Shown: positions 28,946 to 37,022 of the stretch, piece after piece
Position numbering within the stretch: position 1 is the first letter of the stretch
Layout: each line of letters starts with the position of its first letter
NCBI GenBank assembly: GCA_019752015.1
Contig: JAIEMQ010000021.1
Span: 879-64,878 of the forward strand
Length of the DNA: 64,000 bases
Reading direction: 5' to 3'
From: Cyanobacteriota bacterium
GTDB taxonomy: Bacteria > Acidobacteriota > Vicinamibacteria > Vicinamibacterales > UBA2999
Notes under the pieces: model-generated
What the model saw: only the letters and a program-made list of their open reading frames with translations
Told to the model about the DNA's origin: nothing
Databases searched by the model: none
Translations under genes and position numbers: made by a program

Positions 28946-30379
28946 ATGAAACGTCTCGCGTTGATCGCCATCGGTGTTGGAGCCCTCGCGTCGTTCAACG
29001 TTTCGGCACAGCCTTCCTTGACTGGCCCTCCGGGCCAGTCCCCGACGTTCGCCAGGGACGTCGCGCCGATCATGTACAGCAAGTGTGCGAACTGTCATCG
29101 TCCCGGCGAAGTGGCGCCGATGCCGCTGCTGTCGTACGAGGACGCGCGGCCGTGGGCCAAGGCGATTAAGTCCAAGGTCGTGGCGCGCGAAATGCCCCCA
29201 TGGGGCGCCGACATGTCGCAGACGCTGCCGATGCGCAACGACATCAGCCTGTCGCAGAAAGAGATCGACACGATCGCGGCGTGGGTCGATGGCGGCGCCG
29301 TCAGAGGCAACGCTTCTGAGATGCCGCCGTCGCCGAAGTTCGCGACCGGATGGACCGCCGGCACCGAGCCGGATCTCGTGCTCGCAATGCCCGTCGAGTT
29401 CGAGATTCCCGCCGAAGGCGAGCTCGGCGTGCAGATGTTCTATTCGAAGGTGCCGTGGACGGAAGACAAGTTCGCGGAGATCGTCGAGCTCAAGCCGAGC
29501 AACCGCGCCGTGCTGCATCACGCCGGCATTTTCTTCGTCGATATTCCCGAAGGCGCGTCGATCGTCGACGGCCGCATTGTCGACAAGGACGGCAAGGTGA
29601 TCGGCGATCGCGGATCGCGCGGGCTGCCGTCGACCGACAGCGGTCTTCCGGGATCGAGCAAGCTGCTGTCGTGGGTGCCCGGCCGCGGGCTCGATCACCA
29701 TCGCGCCGACATCGGCAAACGCCTGCCGGCGGGCAAGTACATCAACTGGCAGCTCCACTACAACCCGACCGGCAAGCCGGAAAAGGATCGGACCAAGCTG
29801 GGCATCTGGTTCAACAAGGTGCCGGTAACGCACGAAGTGCTGATTCGCCAGGCCGGCGATCCGCTGGCGACGACCAAGGGCGGCCTGTCGATCTATCGCG
29901 CCGAAGGCCGCGAGACCGAATACACGGCGGACCCCGGCAGCACGCGCCGCAGCCGCACCACGCCGAACATTCCGCCGTACGCGGAAAACTGGCGCCTGAC
30001 CGGCATCACGCCGGTGACCGAAGACATCACGCTCTATGCGATGTCGCCGCACATGCACCTGCGCGGCAAGAGCTTGAAGTGGGTGATCGTCTATCCGGAC
30101 GGCACCGAGAAAACGATCCTCAACGTGCCGAAGTTCGACTTCAACTGGCAGTTCAACTACGAGTTGAAGGAGCCGCTGAAGATTCCCGCGGGCAGCAAGA
30201 TCCTCGGCCTCGGGGTGTATGACAACTCGATCCGCAACAAGTGGAATCCAGGCCCGCACCTGCCGGTCTACTGGTCGGAGCAGAGCTGGGACGAGATGTA
30301 TCAGCCGTTCACCGAGTACTCCGTCGACTCGCAGGACTTGACGGTTCTCAAGCCCGTCACGCAGCAGCAACGGGACTGA
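28946..30379 (+). CDS. Secreted fusion of an N-terminal heme-c (CxxCH) domain to a PHM/DBH-like type-II copper monooxygenase domain (paralogue 1)
   Basis: 'FARDVAPIMYSKCANCHRPGEVAPMPLLSYEDARPWAKAIKSKVVAREMPPWG'. Cu-ligand-like positions are 'AVLHHAGIFF' (HH), 'WQLHYNPTG' (H), 'SPHMHLRGK' (HxH) and 'SWDEMY' (M). Also 'FDFNWQ'. Confidence 0.8.
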   Translation: MKRLALIAIGVGALASFNVSAQPSLTGPPGQSPTFARDVAPIMYSKCANCHRPGEVAPMPLLSYEDARPWAKAIKSKVVAREMPPWGADMSQTLPMRNDISLSQKEIDTIAAWVDGGAVRGNASEMPPSPKFATGWTAGTEPDLVLAMPVEFEIPAEGELGVQMFYSKVPWTEDKFAEIVELKPSNRAVLHHAGIFFVDIPEGASIVDGRIVDKDGKVIGDRGSRGLPSTDSGLPGSSKLLSWVPGRGLDHHRADIGKRLPAGKYINWQLHYNPTGKPEKDRTKLGIWFNKVPVTHEVLIRQAGDPLATTKGGLSIYRAEGRETEYTADPGSTRRSRTTPNIPPYAENWRLTGITPVTEDITLYAMSPHMHLRGKSLKWVIVYPDGTEKTILNVPKFDFNWQFNYELKEPLKIPAGSKILGLGVYDNSIRNKWNPGPHLPVYWSEQSWDEMYQPFTEYSVDSQDLTVLKPVTQQQRD

Positions 30380-30452
30380 GGAGCATCCGGCTTGAGCCGG
30401 TTTGTTCCCGGCTGTTTAGCGCTGGCCTTCGTCCAAAGCGGCGGAGGCCAGC

Positions 30453-30980
30453 ATGCGTCACGCCAGAACGCTCTGCATGGCCGCGATCCTCGCGGCCGTT
30501 TTTGCTTCACCGTCATTTGCGCAAGCCGCTGAACCGTTCCAGATCGGCGCCGTCAACATCGGCTACGTCGCCCGCACCAGCCGCACCGGCAAGGCCGCGA
30601 TCGCCGCGCTCGATGCCTTCGGGAAGCAGAAGTCGATCGAAGTGCAGAGCAAGGCCGAGGAGCTGCAGAAGCAGCAATCCGCATTCCAGAAACAGTCCGC
30701 CACGATGAGCCCGCGTGCCGTCGTCGATCTGCAGCGTGCGTTCGAGAAGTCGAAGCTCGAGTTCGATCGCCTTCAGCAGGACGCGCAGGCGGAGATCGAG
30801 GCGATGCAGACGAAGTTCGACGCCGACTTCCGCATCAAGCTGGCGCCGATCGTCGACGAGATTTCGAAGGAGAAGGGACTGCACTTCGTCTTCGGCATCG
30901 ATCAGGCCGCGATCGTGTGGTGGAGTCCCGCCGTGGATATTTCGGACGAGTGCGTGAAGCGTCTTGATGCCGCGAAGTAG
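30453..30980 (+). CDS. Periplasmic chaperone Skp (OmpH family)
   Basis: Signal peptide, then a coiled-coil-rich 175 aa protein ('...GKAAIAALDAFGKQKSIEVQSKAEELQKQQSAFQKQ...'). Confidence 0.8.
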   Translation: MRHARTLCMAAILAAVFASPSFAQAAEPFQIGAVNIGYVARTSRTGKAAIAALDAFGKQKSIEVQSKAEELQKQQSAFQKQSATMSPRAVVDLQRAFEKSKLEFDRLQQDAQAEIEAMQTKFDADFRIKLAPIVDEISKEKGLHFVFGIDQAAIVWWSPAVDISDECVKRLDAAK

Positions 30981-30990
30981 ACGCCGGAGC

Positions 30991-31016
30991 GTAGAGGCGG
31001 GACTTTAGTCCCGCCT
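30991..31016. repeat. 26-bp hairpin element, copy 1 (identical copy at 46902-46927)
   Basis: 'gtagaggcgggactttagtcccgcct' has stem ggcgggac/gtcccgcc and loop ttta. It lies between two convergent genes. Confidence 0.8.
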
Positions 31017-31019
31017 GCG

Positions 31020-31607
31020 TTACTTGACGATCTTCCCGCCGTTGCGATTGTCGATGACGAAGCGATCGCGCGACGGCATCACGACCTTCGGCAGCGTCGC
31101 GCGATCCATGACCGCATCCTCGGGCACGATCTTGTTGAGCGCGAGGATGTAGGCGGTCAGCGCATACGTTTCATCCGGCGTCAGCGTGCCCGGCTGCATG
31201 AACGGCATCGCTCGATTCGTGTAGTCGTACAACGTCGTCGCATACGGCCAGTAGTTGCCGACGGTCTTCACGAGTTTCGGATTGGTCGCGAAGTCCCAGT
31301 TCTTGCCCGACTCGCGATCGACAAGACGATCCGCGGATCCGCCGATGCCGTTGGCGCCGTGGCACGACTGGCATTTCGCGGCGTAGATCTTTGCGCCTTC
31401 AGCCGCGGTGCCTTTTCCCTCTGGCAAACCTTTGCCGTCAGGACGCACGTCGATATCGATTTTCGCGATCTCTTGCGCCGTTGCGACCCGACCAATCCCG
31501 AGCGGCTTGGCAGATTGTGGTTGAGCCATCACGCTAATTGAGCAAGCGGCCGCGATCGCGAGCACGAAAGAAAAGTATCTGTGCCTGCTGTGGCCCTGGG
31601 AACGCAT
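31020..31607 (-). CDS. Cytochrome c subunit of sulfite dehydrogenase (SorB/SoxD-like)
   Basis: Signal peptide and 'CQSCHGANG' heme motif. The start overlaps the stop of the molybdoenzyme gene by 1 nt. Confidence 0.75.
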   Translation of the reverse strand: MRSQGHSRHRYFSFVLAIAAACSISVMAQPQSAKPLGIGRVATAQEIAKIDIDVRPDGKGLPEGKGTAAEGAKIYAAKCQSCHGANGIGGSADRLVDRESGKNWDFATNPKLVKTVGNYWPYATTLYDYTNRAMPFMQPGTLTPDETYALTAYILALNKIVPEDAVMDRATLPKVVMPSRDRFVIDNRNGGKIVK

Positions 31608-32851
31608 TAGAGGCTCCCTGCGAATTTCACGCTGCCATCGGCATTCACTTTCCAGGCGCGGATGTGATTGAAGTGATACGCCGTCGACGGACCGCGGGCC
31701 GCGAGCAACACGTCGTAGGTTGGCTGCACGTAGCCTGTTTCATCGGTGGCGCGGCTCGCCAGTACGGTCTCGCCGCCCTTCCATTCGAACGGCAGACGGA
31801 ACCGCGTATGGCACTTCGGCAGCACCGGATCGTCGAGCTTCGCGAGCTGCCAGGTCCTGCCGCCATCGGCGCTGACGTCGACCCTGGTGATCCTGCCGCG
31901 GCCGCTCCACGCGATACCGCGAATCTCCCACCAGCCCGGGCCGGTCAGCTTGTCGGGGAACGACGGCTCGGTGATCAGCGACTTCGCATCCATGTCGAGG
32001 CTGAAGATGCGCGCGGTGCCATCGGGCAGCGGATCGGTGTACTTCGACGTTTCCTCGCGCGTCATGAACGGCTGATCGGCGAGCTCGATGCGGCGCAGCC
32101 ACTTCACGCTGGCGTTGCCTTCCACGCCGGGCAGGAACAGGCGGACCGGATAGCCCTGCTCGGGACGCAGCGGCTCGCCGTTCTGTCCGTAGGCAATGAG
32201 CGCGTCATCCCACGCCTTGGCGATCGGAATGCTGCGCGTCATCACGGCAGCGTCGGAGCCTTCGGCGAGAAACCAGGTGGCGTTCGGTGATGCGCCGGCT
32301 TCGCGCAGCAGCGTGGCCAGCGGCACACCGGTCCATTCGCTGGTGCTCGTCAGCCCGTCGATCTGCTGCGGCGTGAGATCGGTTTGATGGCCTTCACGTC
32401 GATAGACGCGGCCGCCGTTGCCGGAGCATTCCATCGCGCGAATGATCGATCGGCCCGGGAAGCGGCGCAGATCGTCGACGGTGAAGACCATCGGCCGATC
32501 GACCAGGCCGTGAATCGTCAGCGTGTGCTGCGTCGGATCGATCGCCGGCACGCCGCCGTGATGGCGCTCGAAGTGCAGATCGCTCGGCGTGATGATGCCG
32601 TCGAGATCCTGCAGCGGCGTGAGGCTCGACGTGCGCCGCTCGCCGAGCGACACGCGCTTCGGCCGCTCGAATGGCGAGCGCGATCCGACGTCGGTGCTGA
32701 GCGGACCTTGCACTTTCGTGGGGTCGGCGGGGACTTTCGGACGCGCCGCCTGATCCGGATTCTGGCCGGCGATCGGCAACGCCGCGCCGACGATACCTGC
32801 GGTTCCGGCTGCTAATACCCGCCGCCGCGAGATGGAATGCGGTCGATCCAT
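31607..32851 (-). CDS. Molybdopterin sulfite oxidase-family catalytic subunit (SorA/SoxC-like), Tat-exported
   Basis: ATG 32851 is preceded by GGAGGA. Twin-arginine signal 'SISRRRVLAAGTAGIVGAA'. Mo-ligand cysteine context 'IRAMECSGNGGR'. 414 aa. Confidence 0.85.
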   Translation of the reverse strand: MDRPHSISRRRVLAAGTAGIVGAALPIAGQNPDQAARPKVPADPTKVQGPLSTDVGSRSPFERPKRVSLGERRTSSLTPLQDLDGIITPSDLHFERHHGGVPAIDPTQHTLTIHGLVDRPMVFTVDDLRRFPGRSIIRAMECSGNGGRVYRREGHQTDLTPQQIDGLTSTSEWTGVPLATLLREAGASPNATWFLAEGSDAAVMTRSIPIAKAWDDALIAYGQNGEPLRPEQGYPVRLFLPGVEGNASVKWLRRIELADQPFMTREETSKYTDPLPDGTARIFSLDMDAKSLITEPSFPDKLTGPGWWEIRGIAWSGRGRITRVDVSADGGRTWQLAKLDDPVLPKCHTRFRLPFEWKGGETVLASRATDETGYVQPTYDVLLAARGPSTAYHFNHIRAWKVNADGSVKFAGSL

Positions 32852-33018
32852 GCGTCCTCCTGAAGTTGCGCGAGCGTAGCAGAAAGTCGGGTTGGACGTT
32901 CGTTTAATAGAATCGCGCCACTTTTCGTGAATTTCTGCGCTCCGGACGCTACGTTTGGGGCCAGCCCCCGGATGTCGTACGGGCTTTACAAACGCTGACA
33001 CGAAATCCCGCTAAGTCG

Positions 33019-33047
33019 TTGATAATTCTGGTTGTTAGTGTTACAAA
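33019..33047 (+). promoter_or_regulatory. Candidate sigma70-type promoter for the 33092-52402 gene array
   Basis: TTGATA-N17-TACAAA lies in a locally AT-rich island about 45 nt upstream of ATG 33092. This is a pattern match only. Confidence 0.3.
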
Positions 33048-33091
33048 ACGGCCGTGCTAGCCAGGCGGCAAACGTGTCACGTAGGCGCCGA

Positions 33092-35551
33092 ATGAAAAGA
33101 CTCACGTCAGTAATTTTCTCCGCGCTCGTGTTTGCCCTTGGTCTCTCTGTTTTTGCAGACCAGAACAAACCCGCGCCGGCAGCATCGCAGCCCGTTGCTT
33201 CACACACCGCCACCGCCATCACTGACTCACAGACTGCCCTCGTGAAGCAGTATTGCGCGACCTGTCACAACGATCGCAACAAGAACAACGCCGGCGGCTT
33301 GACGCTGCAGACGTTCGACGCGGCGAAGGTCGGCCACGACGCCCAGGTGGCGGAAGTCGCCGAGAAGATGATCAAGAAGCTGCGCTCCGGCATGATGCCG
33401 CCGCCCAGCGCGCGGCGTCCCGAGGGCGCGGTGCTGGCGTCGTTTGCCGCGTCGATGGAATCGCGGCTCGATCAGGCCGCGGCGCTCAACCCCAATCCCG
33501 GCCGCCGGCCGTTCCAGCGCCTCAATCGCGCCGAGTACACGCGCACGGTGAACGCGCTGCTGTCGCTCGACGTCGACGTCAACGCCTTCCTGCCGCCCGA
33601 CACGATCAGCGCCGGCTTCGACAACGTCGCGGATGCGCAGACGTTTTCGGCGACGCTGATGGAAGGCTACCTGCGCGCCGCGAGCCGCATCAGCACGCTC
33701 GCGGTCGGCGATCCGAAAGCCAGCGCCTCGGAATTCACCTACAAAGTGCCGCGCACCGGCTCGCAGATGCATCACGTCGAGGGCGCGCCGTTCGGCACGC
33801 GCGGCGGCGTGGCGGTGGAGCACACGTTCCCGGCGGACGGCGACTACAGCTTCCGCATGCAGCTGCACTCGATCCCGACCGGCCAGTTGTTCGGCAGCAC
33901 CGTGCGCGGTGAGTTGATCGAAGTGTCGATCGACGGCGAGCGCGCCGCGGTCCTCGAGATCAACCCGCGCATGAGCGAGGCCGATCCGAACGGCATGAAC
34001 ATCGTGACGCCGCGCGTCCACGTCAAGGCGGGCACGCATCGCCTGTCGGCGGCGTTCGTGCAGCGCTTCGACGCGGTGCCCGACGATCTGCTGCCGCCGA
34101 TCGATCACAGCCTGGCGGATTCACAGATCGGCGCGGGGTTCGGCATCACCACGCTGCCGCACCTCCGCGAGTTCGCGGTCAGCGGCCCGTTCAAGGTCAC
34201 CGGCGTGTCGGAGACGCCGAGCCGCAAGCGCATCTTCACGTGCCGGCCGACGTCGGCGAGCGAAGAGAGCACGTGCGCGGCGGAGATCATCCGCAAGATC
34301 GCGACGCAGGCGTATCGCGGTCCGCTGTCGGCGCAGGACGTCGATGGCCTGACGAAGTTCTACGCGCAGGGACGCAAGGACGGCGGCGATTTCGAGTCGG
34401 GCATCCGCATGGCGCTGCAGGCCATCCTGGCGAGCCCGCGATTCCTGTTCCGTCTCGAGGAAGCGCCGGCCACCGTGCGCGCGGGGCAGAACTACCGCAT
34501 CAGCGATCTCGATCTGGCGACGCGCCTGTCGTTCTTCATCTGGGGCGCGGGTCCCGATGACGAGCTGCTGAAGCTCGCGCAGCGCGGCACATTGCGCGGC
34601 CCCGGCGTGCTGCCGGCGCAGGTCAAGCGCATGCTCGCCGATCCGAAATCGGAAGCGCTGTCGACGCGGTTCGGCGCGCAGTGGCTGCGGTTGCAGGATC
34701 TCGAGAAGATTTATCCGGACGCGCTGCTGTTCCCGTATTACGACTTCAAGCTCGGCGAAGCGCTGCGCAAGGAAACCGAGCTCTTCTTCGACAGCATCGT
34801 CCGGGAAGACCGCAGCCTGCTCGATCTGATCACGGCGGACTACACCTTCGTGAACGAGCGCGTGGCGCGTCACTACGGCATTCCGAACATCAACGGCGAG
34901 AACTTCCAGCGCGTCACGCTCGCCGACGAGAATCGGCGCGGTCTGCTTGGCCAGGGCAGCATCCTCGCGCTGACGTCGGTGGCCGATCGCACCTCCCCGG
35001 TGCTGCGCGGCAAGTGGATCATGGAAGTGCTGCTGGCGTCGCCGCCGCCGGCGCCGCCGCCGAATGTGCCGCTGCTCGATGAGACGAAGGCGGAGTCCGC
35101 CGATGGCGGCATGCTGACGACGCGTCAACGCATGGAGCAGCATCGCGCCAACCCGCAGTGCAACTCCTGCCATCGCGTGATCGATCCGCTCGGCCTCGCG
35201 CTCGAGAATTTCGACGTCACCGGCCGCTGGAGAATCCGCGACAACGGCAACCTGGTTGATCCGGTCGGCGACCTCTACGACGGCACGAAGATGACGGGCC
35301 CGAACGGCCTGCGCGCGGCGCTGTTGAAGCACCAGGACATGTTCTTCACGAGCGTCACCGAGAGCCTGATGACCTACAGCCTCGGCCGCCGCGTCGAGTA
35401 TTTCGACATGCCCGCGATTCGCAGGATCATCCGCGACGCGGCGAAGGACGACAACCGGTTCTCGGCCTACGTGCTGGGAGTGGTGAACAGCCGCGCGTTC
35501 CAGATGGCCCGCGCGGACGCCGTGGACACGACCGACGAGAAGAATCGCTGA
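33092..35551 (+). CDS. Module 1 gene A: large secreted heme-c multidomain protein (planctomycete-type DUF1592/DUF1595/DUF1587/DUF1588/DUF1585-like)
   Basis: Signal peptide 'MKRLTSVIFSALVFALGLSVFA'. 'LVKQYCATCHNDRNK' and 'CNSCHRVIDPLGLALENFDVTG' are two CxxCH motifs. Also 'MIKKLRSGMMPPP', 'VADRTSPVLRGKWIMEVLLASPPP'. Confidence 0.85.
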   Translation: MKRLTSVIFSALVFALGLSVFADQNKPAPAASQPVASHTATAITDSQTALVKQYCATCHNDRNKNNAGGLTLQTFDAAKVGHDAQVAEVAEKMIKKLRSGMMPPPSARRPEGAVLASFAASMESRLDQAAALNPNPGRRPFQRLNRAEYTRTVNALLSLDVDVNAFLPPDTISAGFDNVADAQTFSATLMEGYLRAASRISTLAVGDPKASASEFTYKVPRTGSQMHHVEGAPFGTRGGVAVEHTFPADGDYSFRMQLHSIPTGQLFGSTVRGELIEVSIDGERAAVLEINPRMSEADPNGMNIVTPRVHVKAGTHRLSAAFVQRFDAVPDDLLPPIDHSLADSQIGAGFGITTLPHLREFAVSGPFKVTGVSETPSRKRIFTCRPTSASEESTCAAEIIRKIATQAYRGPLSAQDVDGLTKFYAQGRKDGGDFESGIRMALQAILASPRFLFRLEEAPATVRAGQNYRISDLDLATRLSFFIWGAGPDDELLKLAQRGTLRGPGVLPAQVKRMLADPKSEALSTRFGAQWLRLQDLEKIYPDALLFPYYDFKLGEALRKETELFFDSIVREDRSLLDLITADYTFVNERVARHYGIPNINGENFQRVTLADENRRGLLGQGSILALTSVADRTSPVLRGKWIMEVLLASPPPAPPPNVPLLDETKAESADGGMLTTRQRMEQHRANPQCNSCHRVIDPLGLALENFDVTGRWRIRDNGNLVDPVGDLYDGTKMTGPNGLRAALLKHQDMFFTSVTESLMTYSLGRRVEYFDMPAIRRIIRDAAKDDNRFSAYVLGVVNSRAFQMARADAVDTTDEKNR

Positions 35552-35590
35552 TTGCAGATTGCAGATTGCAGATTGCAGATTGCTGATTAG
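35550..35590. repeat. Heptanucleotide tandem repeat (GATTGCA)x4 plus GATTGCT plus a partial copy
   Basis: It starts inside the stop codon of gene A1 and ends at the Shine-Dalgarno (aggaga) of gene B1. Confidence 0.9.
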
Positions 35591-35599
35591 GAGAGCCCG

Positions 35600-37012
35600 A
35601 TGGAGTTCCTGACGAAAAAGCACATCTCACGCCGCACGATGCTGCGCGGCCTCGGTGTCACGATGGCCCTGCCGGTGCTGGATGCGATGTCGCCTGCCGC
35701 GACCGCGTTCGCCCAGACCACCGCCGCGGCGAAGAAGGTGCGCTTGACGGCGATCGAGATGGTGCACGGCTCCGCCGGCGCCACCCAGTTCGGCCTCGGC
35801 AAGAACTTCTGGTCGCCGGCTGAAGTCGGCACCGCGTTCGACCTGAGCCCCGGATCGCTCTCGTCGCTCGAGCCGTTCCGCGATTACCTGACGATCGTCA
35901 GCAACACCGACGTCAGGAACGCGGAAGCGTTCTCGCTGCCGGAAATCGGCGCCGATCACTTCCGCTCGAGCGCGGTGTTCCTGACGCAGTCGCATCCCAA
36001 GAAGACGCAGGGCTCGGATGTGCTCGCCGGCACGTCGCTCGATCAGCTCTACGCGCAGAAGTTCGGACAGGACACGGCGATTCCGTCGATGCAGCTGTCG
36101 ATCGAGACGGTCGATCAGTCCGGCGGCTGCGCTTACGGGTACAGCTGCGCCTACACCGACAGCATCAGCTGGGCGACGCCCGAGCAGCCGCTGCCGATGA
36201 TCCGCGACCCGCGCGCGATTTTCGATTCACTGTTCGGCGTCGGCGCCACCGCGGCCGAGCGCGCGCAGAGCCGCCGCGCCGACAAGAGCATCCTCGACTG
36301 GGTCACCGCGGAAGTGTCGCGCCTCAGCAAGGATCTCGGCGCCTCGGATCGCCAGCGCCTGAATCAATACCTGACCGAGATTCGCGAGATCGAGCGCCGC
36401 ATCCAGAAGATCGAGGCGCAGAACTCGAGCGGCGACGTGCGCGAGCTGCCGGACGCGCCGGTCGGCGTGCCGGATGATTTCGCCGAGCACGTCAAGCTGA
36501 TGTTCGATCTCCAGGTGCTCGCCTACGCATCGGACACGACGCGCGTGTTCTCGTTCAAGATGGGCCGCGACGGGTCGGCGCGCGTCTATCCCGAGAGCGG
36601 CGTGCGCGGCGCGTTCCACCCGGCGTCGCACCACGGCGAGCGCGAGGATCGCGTCACCGACTTCATGAAGATCAACCGCTATCACGTCAGCATGGTTCCG
36701 TACTTCCTCAAGAAGCTGAAGGAGACGCCGGACGGCGACGGCCAGAACCTGCTCGACAACACGCTGGTGATCTACGGATCGCCGATGGGCAACTCGAACG
36801 TCCACAACCACAAGCGCTGCCCGCTGTTCCTCGCCGGCAAGGCCGGCGGCGCGCTGCGCGGCAACCTGCACCTCAAGGCCGCCGACGGCACGCCGATGGC
36901 CAACGTGTTCCTGACGGTGATGCAGGACATTGGTCTCGATCTGAAGAGCTTTGGTGACAGCACCGGCCGGTTTGAGTTGAAGAGTGTTCCGCCGGCGACG
37001 GCGGCGTTCTAA
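35600..37012 (+). CDS. Module 1 gene B: Tat-exported DUF1552-like ('HxxSHH') protein
   Basis: Twin-arginine signal 'HISRRTMLRGLGVTMALPVLDAM'. 'FHPASHHGERED', 'TIVSNTDVRNAEAF', 'GSPMGNSNVHNHKRCPLF'. Confidence 0.85.
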   Translation: MEFLTKKHISRRTMLRGLGVTMALPVLDAMSPAATAFAQTTAAAKKVRLTAIEMVHGSAGATQFGLGKNFWSPAEVGTAFDLSPGSLSSLEPFRDYLTIVSNTDVRNAEAFSLPEIGADHFRSSAVFLTQSHPKKTQGSDVLAGTSLDQLYAQKFGQDTAIPSMQLSIETVDQSGGCAYGYSCAYTDSISWATPEQPLPMIRDPRAIFDSLFGVGATAAERAQSRRADKSILDWVTAEVSRLSKDLGASDRQRLNQYLTEIREIERRIQKIEAQNSSGDVRELPDAPVGVPDDFAEHVKLMFDLQVLAYASDTTRVFSFKMGRDGSARVYPESGVRGAFHPASHHGEREDRVTDFMKINRYHVSMVPYFLKKLKETPDGDGQNLLDNTLVIYGSPMGNSNVHNHKRCPLFLAGKAGGALRGNLHLKAADGTPMANVFLTVMQDIGLDLKSFGDSTGRFELKSVPPATAAF

Positions 37013-37022
37013 GAGGACTGTC

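Noticed and set aside
28526-30370. N-terminal two thirds of the 987-aa ORF on the - strand (27407-30370)
   Set aside because: It is antisense to the well-supported heme-c/PHM-like gene and the small secreted gene. It is Arg/Ala/Gly-rich, as expected of a GC-rich shadow frame. Only the C-terminal 372 aa, from 'MIRHVSL', carry HupE/UreJ motifs.
33032-33091. Upstream extension of gene A1 from the track start (33032)
   Set aside because: The extension ('MLVLQNGRASQAANVSRRRR') precedes a canonical signal peptide that begins at ATG 33092 and matches the N-termini of the two paralogues.
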